DNA of 64,000 nucleotides from an uncultured Solirubrobacteraceae bacterium. Lineage in GTDB: Bacteria > Actinomycetota > Thermoleophilia > Solirubrobacterales > Solirubrobacteraceae. The notes below the pieces were generated by a model. It made no database searches. It was given only the letters and a program-made list of their open reading frames with translations, and had not been told where the DNA came from. The stretch's first letter is position 1, and each line of letters starts with the position of its first letter. The DNA is taken from the NCBI GenBank assembly GCA_963720975.1, contig CAVRHJ010000007.1, forward strand, positions 417,995 to 481,994. The letters are read 5' to 3'. The translations under genes were made by a program, and so were the position numbers. This document shows positions 19,495-28,616 of the stretch, in pieces.

Positions 19495-20583
19495 TCAGGC
19501 TGCGAGCACCTCGGAGAGCGCGTCAAGGAAACGCACGTTCTCCTCTGCCAGCCCGTATGTGACACGCAGCGCGGGTGTCTCGCTGCCGAGCGCAACGCCA
19601 CCGCGTACGAGCACGCCGCGCTCGCGCAGGCCGCGCATGACATCCTGCTCGTCGAGCTCGGTGCCCAGGTGAAACCAGCAGAAGTTCGCCTGCGAGTCGG
19701 CCGGCTCGATCCCGAGCGCGCGCAGCCGCTCATCGACGGAGATCCGCTCGGCGACCGTGCGCGTGACGCGCTCGATCACCGCGTCCTGGTGGGCGAGCGC
19801 CTCGACGGCCGCGGCCTGGGCGAGCGCGTTGCAGAAGAACGGCTGGCGAACCTGGTCGAGCGCGCGGGGCAGCTCCTCCGAGCCGCACAGCGCGAAGCCG
19901 ACGCGCAGGCCGCACAGGCCGTGGACCTTCGAGAACGTGCGCAGCAACACGAGGTTCGGGTGGGCGTCGAGCAGCTCGATCGAGGAGTCCGGGTCCTCGA
20001 GCAGGTTGAACTCGCAGTAGGCCTCGTCGACGATCACACACACATGCCGGGGCACCTCGGCGAGAAAGCCGGCGATGTCGGCGAGCGGGATCGCCGTGCT
20101 GGTGGGGTTGTTCGGGTTGCAAACGAGCACCAGCCGAGTCGCGACGGTGATCTCGGCGAGCATCGCCTGCAGGTCGTGGCGCTCGTCAGCGTCGAGCGCC
20201 ACGGTCACCGCGCGGGCGCCGGAGGCGGCGGCGAGGTGCGGGTAGACCGAGAACGACGGCCATGCGTACACGAGCTCGGCGCCCGACTCGAGCAGCGCCT
20301 CGCCGGCCGCCAGCAGGATGTCGCATGAGCCATTGCCGATCGCGATCCGCGACACGGGCACGCCGTAGCGGTCGCGGAGCTTGCTGCGCAGCAGCAGGTT
20401 GGATGGGTCGGGATAGCGGTTGAGCTGGTCGAGCGCGTGCTCGATCGCCTCGCGCACGGCCGTCAGCGGAGGGTAGGGCGACTCATTGCTGGCCAGCCGC
20501 ACCAGCGGCTCCTGCTGCGCGTACCCGCCGGCCGCCGGATAGCTGGGAATCCGTCGTACGCGCTGTGAGAACTCGATCGCCAC
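19495..20583 (-). CDS. hisC: Histidinol-phosphate/aromatic aminotransferase
   Basis: LASNESP, NRYPD, CNPNNPT, VDEAY and LRTFSKVHGLCGLRVG. Confidence 0.93.
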   Translation of the reverse strand: MAIEFSQRVRRIPSYPAAGGYAQQEPLVRLASNESPYPPLTAVREAIEHALDQLNRYPDPSNLLLRSKLRDRYGVPVSRIAIGNGSCDILLAAGEALLESGAELVYAWPSFSVYPHLAAASGARAVTVALDADERHDLQAMLAEITVATRLVLVCNPNNPTSTAIPLADIAGFLAEVPRHVCVIVDEAYCEFNLLEDPDSSIELLDAHPNLVLLRTFSKVHGLCGLRVGFALCGSEELPRALDQVRQPFFCNALAQAAAVEALAHQDAVIERVTRTVAERISVDERLRALGIEPADSQANFCWFHLGTELDEQDVMRGLRERGVLVRGGVALGSETPALRVTYGLAEENVRFLDALSEVLAA

Positions 20584-20652
20584 GTGCCTATTGTGCCGAG
20601 CGCCCGCACTAGGCGCGGATTCCTGCGCGGGAGCGCCCGCGCAGGGCGCGGA

Positions 20653-21018
20653 CTACTGCGCTGCCTGCAGGTCGGCGCGCAGCGCCCGCGCGTCGCCGAG
20701 ATAGACGTGCGCGGGCACGTGCTCGACCTGTGCGTAGTACTGGATCAGGACCCGGATCACGCGCGGCATCGACCGTGGTACGGGGATCTCCTGCGCGCAC
20801 AGCAGCGGCACGCGGTCGAAGCCGACGGCGCGCGCGGCCACCGCGGGAAACTCGGCGTTGAGGTCTCTCGTCGCGGTGAAGATGCAGCTGACGACGTTCT
20901 CCGGCTGGAGCGCGTTGCGCTCCATGATCTCGCGCATCAGCGCGGTCGTCGCATCCAGGATGTCCTGGGCGTCGTTGCGCTCGACGCTAACGGCCCCGCG
21001 GAGGGCGAACAGTCGCAT
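20653..21018 (-). CDS. aroH: AroH-type chorismate mutase
   Basis: ALRGA, FTATRDLNAEFPA, PRVIRVL and YLGDARALRAD. Start ATG 21018. Confidence 0.93.
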   Translation of the reverse strand: MRLFALRGAVSVERNDAQDILDATTALMREIMERNALQPENVVSCIFTATRDLNAEFPAVAARAVGFDRVPLLCAQEIPVPRSMPRVIRVLIQYYAQVEHVPAHVYLGDARALRADLQAAQ

Positions 21019-21032
21019 GGCGCGCGATTCTG

Positions 21033-21785
21033 TCAAAGCGGACCCTCTCCGGGGGCATCCCCCATGGCGGGGGACGAGCAGGTGAGCGCGCGCAGGCGCT
21101 CGAGGTCTGCGTCGCTCAGCCGCCGGTGCGAGCCCGACGCCAAGCCGTCGAGCGCCAGCGGCCCGAATCGCGTGCGCGTCAGCTCGAGCACCGGATGCCC
21201 GACCGCCTGGCACATCCGGCGCACCTGACGGTTGCGGCCCTCGTGGATCGTCAGCTCGATCAGATTCGAGCCCGCCTTCCCGGACCGGCGCACAGCCGCG
21301 GGTGCCGTGAGCCCGTCCTCGAGCCGCACGCCCGTACGGAGTTCCTCCAGGGCATCGTCCGCGATCGATCTGCCGCCGAGCTTCGCGCGGTAGGTCCTCG
21401 GGACTTCGAAACGCGGGTGGGTCAGGCGGTTGGCTAGCTCGCCGTCGTTCGTCAGCAGCATCAGCCCGGTGCTGTCAATGTCGAGCCGTCCGACCGGGTA
21501 GAGGCGCAGCCCGCCTGCGGGCACGAGCTCCACGACCGTGCGCCTGCCGTGGGTGTCGCGCGCAGTTGAGACGACGCCGATTGGCTTGTTGAGCGCGAAC
21601 AGCGCGCGCGGCTCGGGCCCGCTGAGCGTGCGTCCATCGACCGCTACGACGCTGTTCTCATCGACATCGCGTGCAGGGTCTGTCACCGGGACCCCCGCGA
21701 CAGACACGCGCCCGGCCGCGATCATCTGCTCGGCAGCACGCCTGGAGGCGACGCCGGAGTGGGCGAGGAACTTCGCTAGGCGCAT
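21033..21785 (-). CDS. rluB: rRNA pseudouridine synthase, RsuA/RluB family
   Basis: S4 domain MRLAKFLAHSGVASRR, NKPIGVVST, VGRLDIDSTG and EGRNRQVRRM. Confidence 0.9.
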   Translation of the reverse strand: MRLAKFLAHSGVASRRAAEQMIAAGRVSVAGVPVTDPARDVDENSVVAVDGRTLSGPEPRALFALNKPIGVVSTARDTHGRRTVVELVPAGGLRLYPVGRLDIDSTGLMLLTNDGELANRLTHPRFEVPRTYRAKLGGRSIADDALEELRTGVRLEDGLTAPAAVRRSGKAGSNLIELTIHEGRNRQVRRMCQAVGHPVLELTRTRFGPLALDGLASGSHRRLSDADLERLRALTCSSPAMGDAPGEGPL

Positions 21786-21870
21786 CGTCGCGTGTCGGTG
21801 GCGAGCCTCATGTGCTGCAACCATAGGACGCAACCGCGCACGCCCGGTGAACACCGGCGCCGGGTCGACC

Positions 21871-22884
21871 ATGGATCTTCAGCAGCTCGAGCACACGCTC
21901 GCCGATCGCGGCGAGCCTCCCTTTCGCGCACGCCAGGTGTGGGCTTGGGCGACGCGCGGCGCGCGGGGCTATCAGGAGATGACCGACCTGCCCTCGCCGC
22001 TGCGCGAGATGCTGGCGCGCGAGCTCCCGTTCTCGAGCCTGACTCTGCGCGAGCAGGCGCACTCCGACGACGGGACCGTGAAGGCGCTGTTCTCGACCGT
22101 CGACGGGCGCCCGTTGGAGGCGGTCCTGATGCGCTACCGCGACCGCCGACGCTCGATCTGCGTCTCCTCGCAGTCGGGCTGCCCGCTGACTTGCAGCTTC
22201 TGCGCGACCGGGACGATGCGCTTCGCGCGCAACCTGAGCAGCTCGGAGATCCTCGACCAGGCACTGCACTTCCGCCGCATCGAAGCGATCGACCATTGTG
22301 TGTTCATGGGCATGGGCGAGCCGATGATGAACCTCGACAACGTGCTCGCCGCGTGCGAGCGCCTGCCGGATCTCGGCATCACGCACCGGCGCACGACGAT
22401 CTCGACCGTCGGCTGGATCCCCGGGATCGAACGCCTCGCCGAGCAGCCGATGCCGCTGCGCTTGGCGCTGTCGCTGCACGCGGCCGACGAAGCGTTGCGC
22501 TCGGAGCTGATGCCGGTCAACGAGCGTTACCCGCTGAAGGACGTGCTGGCGGCCTGTCGCGCGTTCTACGAGCGCAAGCGGCGGCGCGTGTTCATCGAGT
22601 ACGTGATGCTCGCCGGCGTCAACGACCGTTACGAGCAGGCGCTCGCGCTGGCGAAGGCGCTGACCGGCGAGCGCGACGGAGCGCCGTCGATCTTCAAGGT
22701 CAACCTGATCCCCTACAACGCCACCGACTCCGGCGGCGGCACGCCGTTCGACGGCTCGAGCCGTGAGTCGATCGCGGCATTCCGCGCTGCGCTGCAGGCG
22801 CATGGCGTGCCCGCGACCGTACGCCTCACACGCGGCAGGGACATCGCGGCCGCGTGCGGGCAGTTGGCCGCCAGCGCCGGCTGA
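21871..22884 (+). CDS. rlmN: 23S rRNA A2503 C2-methyltransferase, radical SAM
   Basis: CVSSQSGCPLTCSFCATG (CxxxCxxC), FMGMGEP, SLHA, NLIPYN and RGRDIAAACGQL. Confidence 0.95.
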   Translation: MDLQQLEHTLADRGEPPFRARQVWAWATRGARGYQEMTDLPSPLREMLARELPFSSLTLREQAHSDDGTVKALFSTVDGRPLEAVLMRYRDRRRSICVSSQSGCPLTCSFCATGTMRFARNLSSSEILDQALHFRRIEAIDHCVFMGMGEPMMNLDNVLAACERLPDLGITHRRTTISTVGWIPGIERLAEQPMPLRLALSLHAADEALRSELMPVNERYPLKDVLAACRAFYERKRRRVFIEYVMLAGVNDRYEQALALAKALTGERDGAPSIFKVNLIPYNATDSGGGTPFDGSSRESIAAFRAALQAHGVPATVRLTRGRDIAAACGQLAASAG

Positions 22885-22897
22885 CACGAAGCTCGGC

Positions 22898-22950
22898 GTG
22901 TCAGTTGACTTGCAGGACAGCGAGTGTCAGTCGACTTGCAGGACCGCGAG
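22898..22950. repeat. 26-bp near-identical tandem duplication of the VOC gene 3' end
   Basis: gtgtcagttgacttgcaggacagcga / gtgtcagtcgacttgcaggaccgcga, 2 mismatches. Confidence 0.85.
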
Positions 22951-23310
22951 GATGTTGCCCGCCGGGTCCTTGAACCATGCGATCGGCGGTCCGCCTGCGT
23001 CGCGCGAGATGCCCCGGTCGTCCTGTTCCAGGCCCTCGTAGCGCTCGAACGCGACGCCCCGAGCCGTCAGCTCGTCGACCGCCGTGTCAATGTCGCTCAC
23101 GGGGAAGTTGAGGATCGTGAACGTCGCCGGGCTGTGATTCGGCTTCGGGTAGACGATCGTCTCTGCCCCACCCTCGATGTGCAGCGTGATCAGGCCGTTG
23201 TCCTGTTCGCTCACGCGCAGCCCGAGCGTCTCGCCGTAGAAGCGCTTGGCGGCTGCGATCTGATCGACGGAGAACCCGCTGAACGCCTTCGTGTGCTCGA
23301 ACATGCCCAT
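22927..23310 (-). CDS. VOC/glyoxalase-family protein
   Basis: [24 protein letters not shown] and [10 protein letters not shown]. Confidence 0.9.
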   Translation of the reverse strand: MGMFEHTKAFSGFSVDQIAAAKRFYGETLGLRVSEQDNGLITLHIEGGAETIVYPKPNHSPATFTILNFPVSDIDTAVDELTARGVAFERYEGLEQDDRGISRDAGGPPIAWFKDPAGNILAVLQVD

Positions 23311-23322
23311 CTCATCTACCCG

Positions 23323-23976
23323 CTATCCGCTCGCCGAAGCGCCCGCGCGGGCCTCGCCGGCGCGCAGCAAGCGCTCGCGCAACTCGGCCTGCTCCTCCGG
23401 GGTCGGGTCCCAGCGGGCGATGTCCGGCAGCTGCTCGAGGCTGCGCAGGCCGAACAGCTTCAGGAACTGGGTGCTCGTGCGATAGAGGACTGCCCCGAAC
23501 TGCGAGTGGCCTGCCTCCTCGATCAGATCGCGATCCAGCAGCGTGGCCGTGGCGGAGTCCGCGCTAACGCCACGGATGCGCGTGATCTCCGGGCGCGATA
23601 TCGGCTGCAGGTAGGACACGATCGCCAGCGTCTCGGCCTGCGCGGGGCTGAGCGTGGAAACACGCGGGCGGCTGAGCAGGCGTCGCGCGGCGTCCTCGCA
23701 GTCGGGGTCGCTGGCGAGCGTCCAGCCGCCACCCAGCTCGCGCAGCCTGATGCCGCGGCGGCCGGGCGCGTACTGCTCGGCGAGCACCGCTAGCGCCGCC
23801 AGCACAGCACCCTCGCCCGCCTGGCAGGCGTCCGCGAGCTCGCCCGGACTGAGCGGATCGGAGGACAGGAACAGCAACGCCTCGACGGTGCGTGCGAGCG
23901 CGGGAATCTCCTCACCCGCACCGCTCACGGCGCTCGTGAGCCCCGCGAACCCCATCACATCCCCGGCGTCGCTCAC
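23323..23976 (-). CDS. scpB: SMC-Scp complex subunit ScpB
   Basis: EALLF, LSPAQAETLAIVSYLQPISR.EI..IRGV and YRTSTQFLKLFGL. Confidence 0.93.
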   Translation of the reverse strand: MSDAGDVMGFAGLTSAVSGAGEEIPALARTVEALLFLSSDPLSPGELADACQAGEGAVLAALAVLAEQYAPGRRGIRLRELGGGWTLASDPDCEDAARRLLSRPRVSTLSPAQAETLAIVSYLQPISRPEITRIRGVSADSATATLLDRDLIEEAGHSQFGAVLYRTSTQFLKLFGLRSLEQLPDIARWDPTPEEQAELRERLLRAGEARAGASASG

Positions 23977-24758
23977 CCGCCAAGCCCTCCCGGCGCCGCG
24001 CTTGCGACGGCCACCGCCAGTGGGCCGGCGGTCGTCTCAGAGCGCCCGCGCACGGCGATCTCCCCGAACGCCCGCTCCTGCTCCCAGTCAGCCTCGCCGC
24101 GTTTGTAGAGCTCGAGCAGCGCGAACAGCGTGACCGCCACCGTCATCCGGTCGGCCCCGCGTACCGCGTCGTCAAAGTCGAAGCTGCCGCGCCTGAGCAA
24201 CCCGCGCAGGTGCGCGAGGCGCTCTGCGACCGTGATCCGGGGGACCGCGATGTGACGCACGCTGATCGCCGGCGGCGTTAGCAGCAGGCGCCCGATCGCC
24301 TCACCGAGCACCTGCGGGTCATGAGAGCCGTCGGCAGGCTGGAGGATCGTGCGGCGCAGGCTGAGTGGTGGCGGGGCGACGCGGAAGCGCACCCCATGCT
24401 CTGCCGCCAGCAGCTCGCCAAGGTGGGTCGAGGCGGCACGGTAGCGGCGCGCGTCGAGCATCCGTGCGAGCAGCTCCTCGGCGGCCTGCTCGGGCTCGAT
24501 GTCGAGCAGCTCCTGCTCCTCGCCGGTCAGCATCAGCCGCGACTTCAGCTCGAGCAGCGCGGCGATCAGCACGATGAACTCGGTCGCGGTCTCGAGATCG
24601 AGCTCGCCGCGGCTCTCGAGATGGTCCAGGTAGGCGAGCACGACCTCCGCGAGCTGCAACTCGAGCAGATCGACCTCTTCGCGCAGCACGAGCGTCAGCA
24701 GCAGGTCGAACGGGCCGCTGAAAACGTCCAGGTCGAGCTCGAGCGCGGCCAGGCTCAC
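23973..24758 (-). CDS. scpA: Segregation/condensation protein ScpA
   Basis: FSGPFDLLL, LLELKSRLML, TLFALLELYK and QERAFGEI. Confidence 0.93.
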   Translation of the reverse strand: MSLAALELDLDVFSGPFDLLLTLVLREEVDLLELQLAEVVLAYLDHLESRGELDLETATEFIVLIAALLELKSRLMLTGEEQELLDIEPEQAAEELLARMLDARRYRAASTHLGELLAAEHGVRFRVAPPPLSLRRTILQPADGSHDPQVLGEAIGRLLLTPPAISVRHIAVPRITVAERLAHLRGLLRRGSFDFDDAVRGADRMTVAVTLFALLELYKRGEADWEQERAFGEIAVRGRSETTAGPLAVAVASAAPGGLGG

Positions 24759-24810
24759 GGACGCACCGCGGCTGGCAGAAAACAGAGGACGCTCATCAGC
24801 GCAAGGTATC

Positions 24811-24873
24811 GAGCGCCCCCGACATGCAGCGGAGCGCCCCCGACATGCAGCGCGGCGACCCCGCTATGCGGCG
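24811..24873. repeat. 21-bp tandem repeat, 2 perfect copies plus 1 degenerate
   Basis: gagcgcccccgacatgcagcg at 24811 and 24832; degenerate copy from 24853; lies between trpS and scpA. Confidence 0.85.
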
Positions 24874-24879
24874 CGCCCC

Positions 24880-25878
24880 TCACCGGCCGGCCCCGCCTAC
24901 GCCCATCCGCTCGCGCACGTCGGCGAGCGTGTCCGCCGCGATCGCCTGCGCTCGCCCAGCGCCGGCGGTGATGATTCGCTCGAGCTCGTCCTCGTCGGCG
25001 CGCAGCTCCCGATAGCGCTCGCGCACGGGCGCCAGATACTCCACCACGCCGGCAGCGACCGCTGTCTTGAACTCGCCGTAGCGCAGATCCGCGAACTCGG
25101 ACTCGATCGCCGCGGGATCCACTCCGCGCACGGCTGCAAGGATTTCGATCAGATTGCTGATCCCGGGCTTGTCCTGCGCGCGACGCACATCGCTACCGGA
25201 GTCGGTGACCGCGCTCTTGAGCTTCTTCTCGATCGCCTTCGGCTCGTCGAGCACGTACACGGTGCCCTGTTCGGAGCCGCTGGTGGTTGACATCTTGCTC
25301 GTCGGATCCTGCAGATCCATGATCCGCGCTCCGACCGCCGGGATGCGGTGCTCGGGGACGACGAGCACCTGCTCGCCTTCGGCGAAGCGCGCGTTGAAAC
25401 GCCGGGCGACGTCGCGCATCAGCTCGAGGTGCTCGCGCTGATCCTCGCCCACGGGGACCTCCTCGGCGCGATAGGCGAGCACGTCGGCAGCCTGCAGGAC
25501 CGGGTACAGCAACAGGCCGGCCGATACGAGCTCGCGCTGGGCGAGCGACTTGTCACGGAACTGGTGCATCCGCTGCAGGCGCCCGAGCTCGGTGACGCTG
25601 CACAGCAACCAGGCCAGCGCGGTGTGCTCGGGCACGTCGCTCTGGCGGAACAGGATGCAGCGCTCAGGGTCGAGCCCCGCCGCGAGCAGGATCGCGGCCG
25701 TGTCATACAGACGCTCACGCAGCTCTACGGGGTCGTAGGCGACGGTCGTCGCGTGCAGGTCGACGATGCAGAAGATGCCCTCGCCGCGCTCCTGGCTGGA
25801 GATGTACTGGGCGATCGCGCCGATGTAGTTGCCGAGGTGCTTGCGCCCCGTGGGCTGGATGCCGGAGAAGATCCTCAT
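24880..25878 (-). CDS. trpS: Tryptophan--tRNA ligase
   Basis: SGIQPTG..HLGNY, YPVLQAAD, VPVGEDQ and KMST. Confidence 0.97.
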   Translation of the reverse strand: MRIFSGIQPTGRKHLGNYIGAIAQYISSQERGEGIFCIVDLHATTVAYDPVELRERLYDTAAILLAAGLDPERCILFRQSDVPEHTALAWLLCSVTELGRLQRMHQFRDKSLAQRELVSAGLLLYPVLQAADVLAYRAEEVPVGEDQREHLELMRDVARRFNARFAEGEQVLVVPEHRIPAVGARIMDLQDPTSKMSTTSGSEQGTVYVLDEPKAIEKKLKSAVTDSGSDVRRAQDKPGISNLIEILAAVRGVDPAAIESEFADLRYGEFKTAVAAGVVEYLAPVRERYRELRADEDELERIITAGAGRAQAIAADTLADVRERMGVGGAGR

Positions 25879-25909
25879 GTATGCAAGCCCACCCGCGGCC
25901 CGACGTCGG

Positions 25910-26965
25910 CTAGCTGGTGCCCGTCAGCGTGCGGCGCCGTTGGGCGCTGTCGGTCAGCCACGGCGGATCCCAGCCGGTGTCGGCGGGGTTGACGTTCAAC
26001 CCCGGGGGAACGATCTCGTCGATCCGGTCGAGCACGTCGGCGCTGAGTGAGCGCTCGAGCGCCGGAAGCTGGCTCTCCAGCTGCTCCATCGTGCGCGGTC
26101 CGATGATCGCGGCGGTGACCGCCGGGTGGTTGACGACGAACGCGAGCGCCATCTCGATCAACGACATCCCGGCCTCGTCCGCGAGCGCGCCGAGCGCGTC
26201 GGCAGCGTCGAGCTTGGCCTGGTTGCCCGGAATCGACATGTCATAGCGGGAGGGGAGCATCTGCGCGCGCCTGCTCGCAGCGGGCGAGTCGCCGCCCTTG
26301 CGGTACTTGCCCGACAGCCAGCCGCCGGCGAGCGGGCTCCAGGGAATGACGCCCATGCCGTAGCTCTCGCACACCGGCAGCACGTCGGCCTCAATTCGGC
26401 GGATCAGCATCGAGTACGGCGGCTGCTCACAGATGAAGCGCTCGCGCTGACGCCGCTGCGCCGCCCACTGCGCCTGCACGATCTGATAGGCCGGGAACGT
26501 CGAGCTGCCGATGAAGCGCACCTTGCCGGCGCGCACCAGGTCGGTGAGCGCGCCGAGCGTCTCGTCGATGTCCGTGTCGGGCTCAGGACGGTGGATCTGG
26601 TAGAGGTCGATCCAATCGGTTTTCAGCCGCCGCAGGCTGTTCTCGACCTCCTCGATGATCCAGCGGCGGGAGTTGCCGAACTGGTTGGGGTCCTCGTCGT
26701 CCATCTTGCCGTGGACCTTGGTGGCGAGGATGACCGAGTCGCGCCGTCCGCCGCCAAGCGCCTTGCCGACGATCTCCTCGGACTCTCCGCGCGAGTAGAC
26801 GTCGGCGGTGTCGATGAAGTTGATGCCCGCGTCGAGCGCGCGGTGGATGATCGCGATCGAGTCCTCGTGGTCGGTGTTGCCCCACGCGCCGAACATCATC
26901 GCCCCGAGACACAGGGGGCTGACGCTGACGCCGGTGCTGCCGAGTTTGCGGTACTCGATCGCCAT
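25910..26965 (-). CDS. Aldo/keto reductase
   Basis: LCLGAMMFG, INFIDTADVY, LATK, IDLYQIH and WSPLAGG. Confidence 0.93.
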   Translation of the reverse strand: MAIEYRKLGSTGVSVSPLCLGAMMFGAWGNTDHEDSIAIIHRALDAGINFIDTADVYSRGESEEIVGKALGGGRRDSVILATKVHGKMDDEDPNQFGNSRRWIIEEVENSLRRLKTDWIDLYQIHRPEPDTDIDETLGALTDLVRAGKVRFIGSSTFPAYQIVQAQWAAQRRQRERFICEQPPYSMLIRRIEADVLPVCESYGMGVIPWSPLAGGWLSGKYRKGGDSPAASRRAQMLPSRYDMSIPGNQAKLDAADALGALADEAGMSLIEMALAFVVNHPAVTAAIIGPRTMEQLESQLPALERSLSADVLDRIDEIVPPGLNVNPADTGWDPPWLTDSAQRRRTLTGTS

Positions 26966-27017
26966 CGCCGGGGACCTTACGCGAGCGCCTGTCGGATCAC
27001 CGTGCGAGCCGCCCGGA

Positions 27018-28616
27018 TCATCGCGCGAGAGCCTCTCGGATCACCGGACGCTTGGCCGCCGCGACCTCGTCCAGGCGGCGTACCGGCGTGCTGTAGGGGG
27101 CGGCGCGCGCGAGCTCGGGGTTCTCGGCGGCCTCCTTCAGGATCGCGGCGATCGCGTCGGCGAAGGCGTCGAGCGTCTCCTTGGTCTCGGTCTCGGTCGG
27201 CTCGACCATCAGCGCCTCGTCGACGAGCAACGGGAAGTACACGGTAGGCGGATGGAAGCCGAAGTCGAGCAAGCGCTTAGCGAGGTCGAGCGTCTTGATC
27301 TGCAGGGCGCGCTTCATCGGCCCGCCTGACAGCACGAACTCGTGCATACACAGCTCGCCGTAGGCGAGCTGCAGATACTCCGCGACGCCGCGCTCCTTCA
27401 GGCGTGCCAGCAGGTAGTTAGCGTTCAGCACTGCCGTCTCGGACGCATCTCTCAGCCCGTCGCCGCCGAGCGAGCAGATGTAGGCGTAGGAGCGGACGAA
27501 GCAGCCGTAGTTGCCGTGGAAGCCGCGCAGGCGCCCGATCGACTTCGAGCCGACACGACCGTGCCCGTGGTCGAGGTCGAACGTCCCGTCGGCTTCCCGA
27601 GCGACGATCGGCAACGGCAGGAACGGGGCGATGCGCTCGGACACGGCGATCGGCCCGGAGCCCGGGCCGCCGCCACCGTGCGGCTGGGTGAAGGACTTGT
27701 GCAGGTTGAAGTGCACGATGTCGAAGCCCATGTCGCCGGGCCGAGAGAGCCCCATGACGGCGTTGAGGTTGGCGCCGTCGTAGTACAGCGTCGCGCCCAC
27801 GCCGTGGACGATCTCGGCGATCTCCGCGATGTTGGGGTCGAACAGGCCGAGCGTGTTCGGGTTTGTCAGCATCAGGCACGCGACGTCCTCGTCGGCTTTC
27901 GCGCGCAGATCGTCGACGTCGACGCCACCGTGCTCGTTGGTGGCGACCTTGACGACTTCCAGCCCGGCCATCGTGACGGTCGCGGGGTTGGTGCCGTGGG
28001 CGGTGTCCGGGGTCAGGACCTTGTGGCGCGCCTGGCCTCGGTCCTCGTGGTAGGCGCGCGTCAGCAGCACCCCGGCGAGCTCGCCATGCGAGCCGGCGGA
28101 CGGCTGCAGCGAGACGTGCGGCAGGCCGGCGATCTCCGACAGCGCGCCCTGCAGGTTCCACATCAGCTCGAGTGCGCCCTGTGCGCGCTCGGGGTCCTGC
28201 AGCGGGTGCAGCCGCGAGTGTCCGGGTAGCGCGGCGACGCGCTCGTGCAGTCGCGGGTTGTGCTTCATCGTGCACGAGCCGAGCGGGTAGAAGCCCGAGT
28301 CGAGGTCGAAGTTGCGCTTCGACAGACCGACGTAATGGCGCACGATCTCCGGCTCGGAGACCTCAGGCAGACGCGGCGGCGCCGCGCGGCGGAAGCGCTC
28401 GGGGAGCAGCTCGCCGATGTCGACCGCGGGCACGTCGATCTCCGGGCACGCGAACGCGCGCCGCCCGGGCGCGCCCTTCTGGAAGATCGTCCGCGCGGGC
28501 TCTCGCTGCAGCGGCGTCGCGCCCACGGCGACTGCGCCTCCTGGCCTCGTCCCGTTCGGGTGGTGGGATTCGATGCCCGGGTCGGAATGGAGGTGGTTCT
28601 CGTCGATCGGGCTCAC
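27018..28616 (-). CDS. gcvPB: Glycine dehydrogenase (decarboxylating) subunit 2
   Basis: YPLGSCTMKHNP, HGTNPA, YYDGAN and HFNLHKSF. GTG 28616 overlaps the gcvPA TGA. Confidence 0.95.
   Translation of the reverse strand: MSPIDENHLHSDPGIESHHPNGTRPGGAVAVGATPLQREPARTIFQKGAPGRRAFACPEIDVPAVDIGELLPERFRRAAPPRLPEVSEPEIVRHYVGLSKRNFDLDSGFYPLGSCTMKHNPRLHERVAALPGHSRLHPLQDPERAQGALELMWNLQGALSEIAGLPHVSLQPSAGSHGELAGVLLTRAYHEDRGQARHKVLTPDTAHGTNPATVTMAGLEVVKVATNEHGGVDVDDLRAKADEDVACLMLTNPNTLGLFDPNIAEIAEIVHGVGATLYYDGANLNAVMGLSRPGDMGFDIVHFNLHKSFTQPHGGGGPGSGPIAVSERIAPFLPLPIVAREADGTFDLDHGHGRVGSKSIGRLRGFHGNYGCFVRSYAYICSLGGDGLRDASETAVLNANYLLARLKERGVAEYLQLAYGELCMHEFVLSGGPMKRALQIKTLDLAKRLLDFGFHPPTVYFPLLVDEALMVEPTETETKETLDAFADAIAAILKEAAENPELARAAPYSTPVRRLDEVAAAKRPVIREALAR

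Noticed and set aside
25879-25909. T-box upstream of trpS
   Set aside because: The gap is 31 bp with no T-box sequence.
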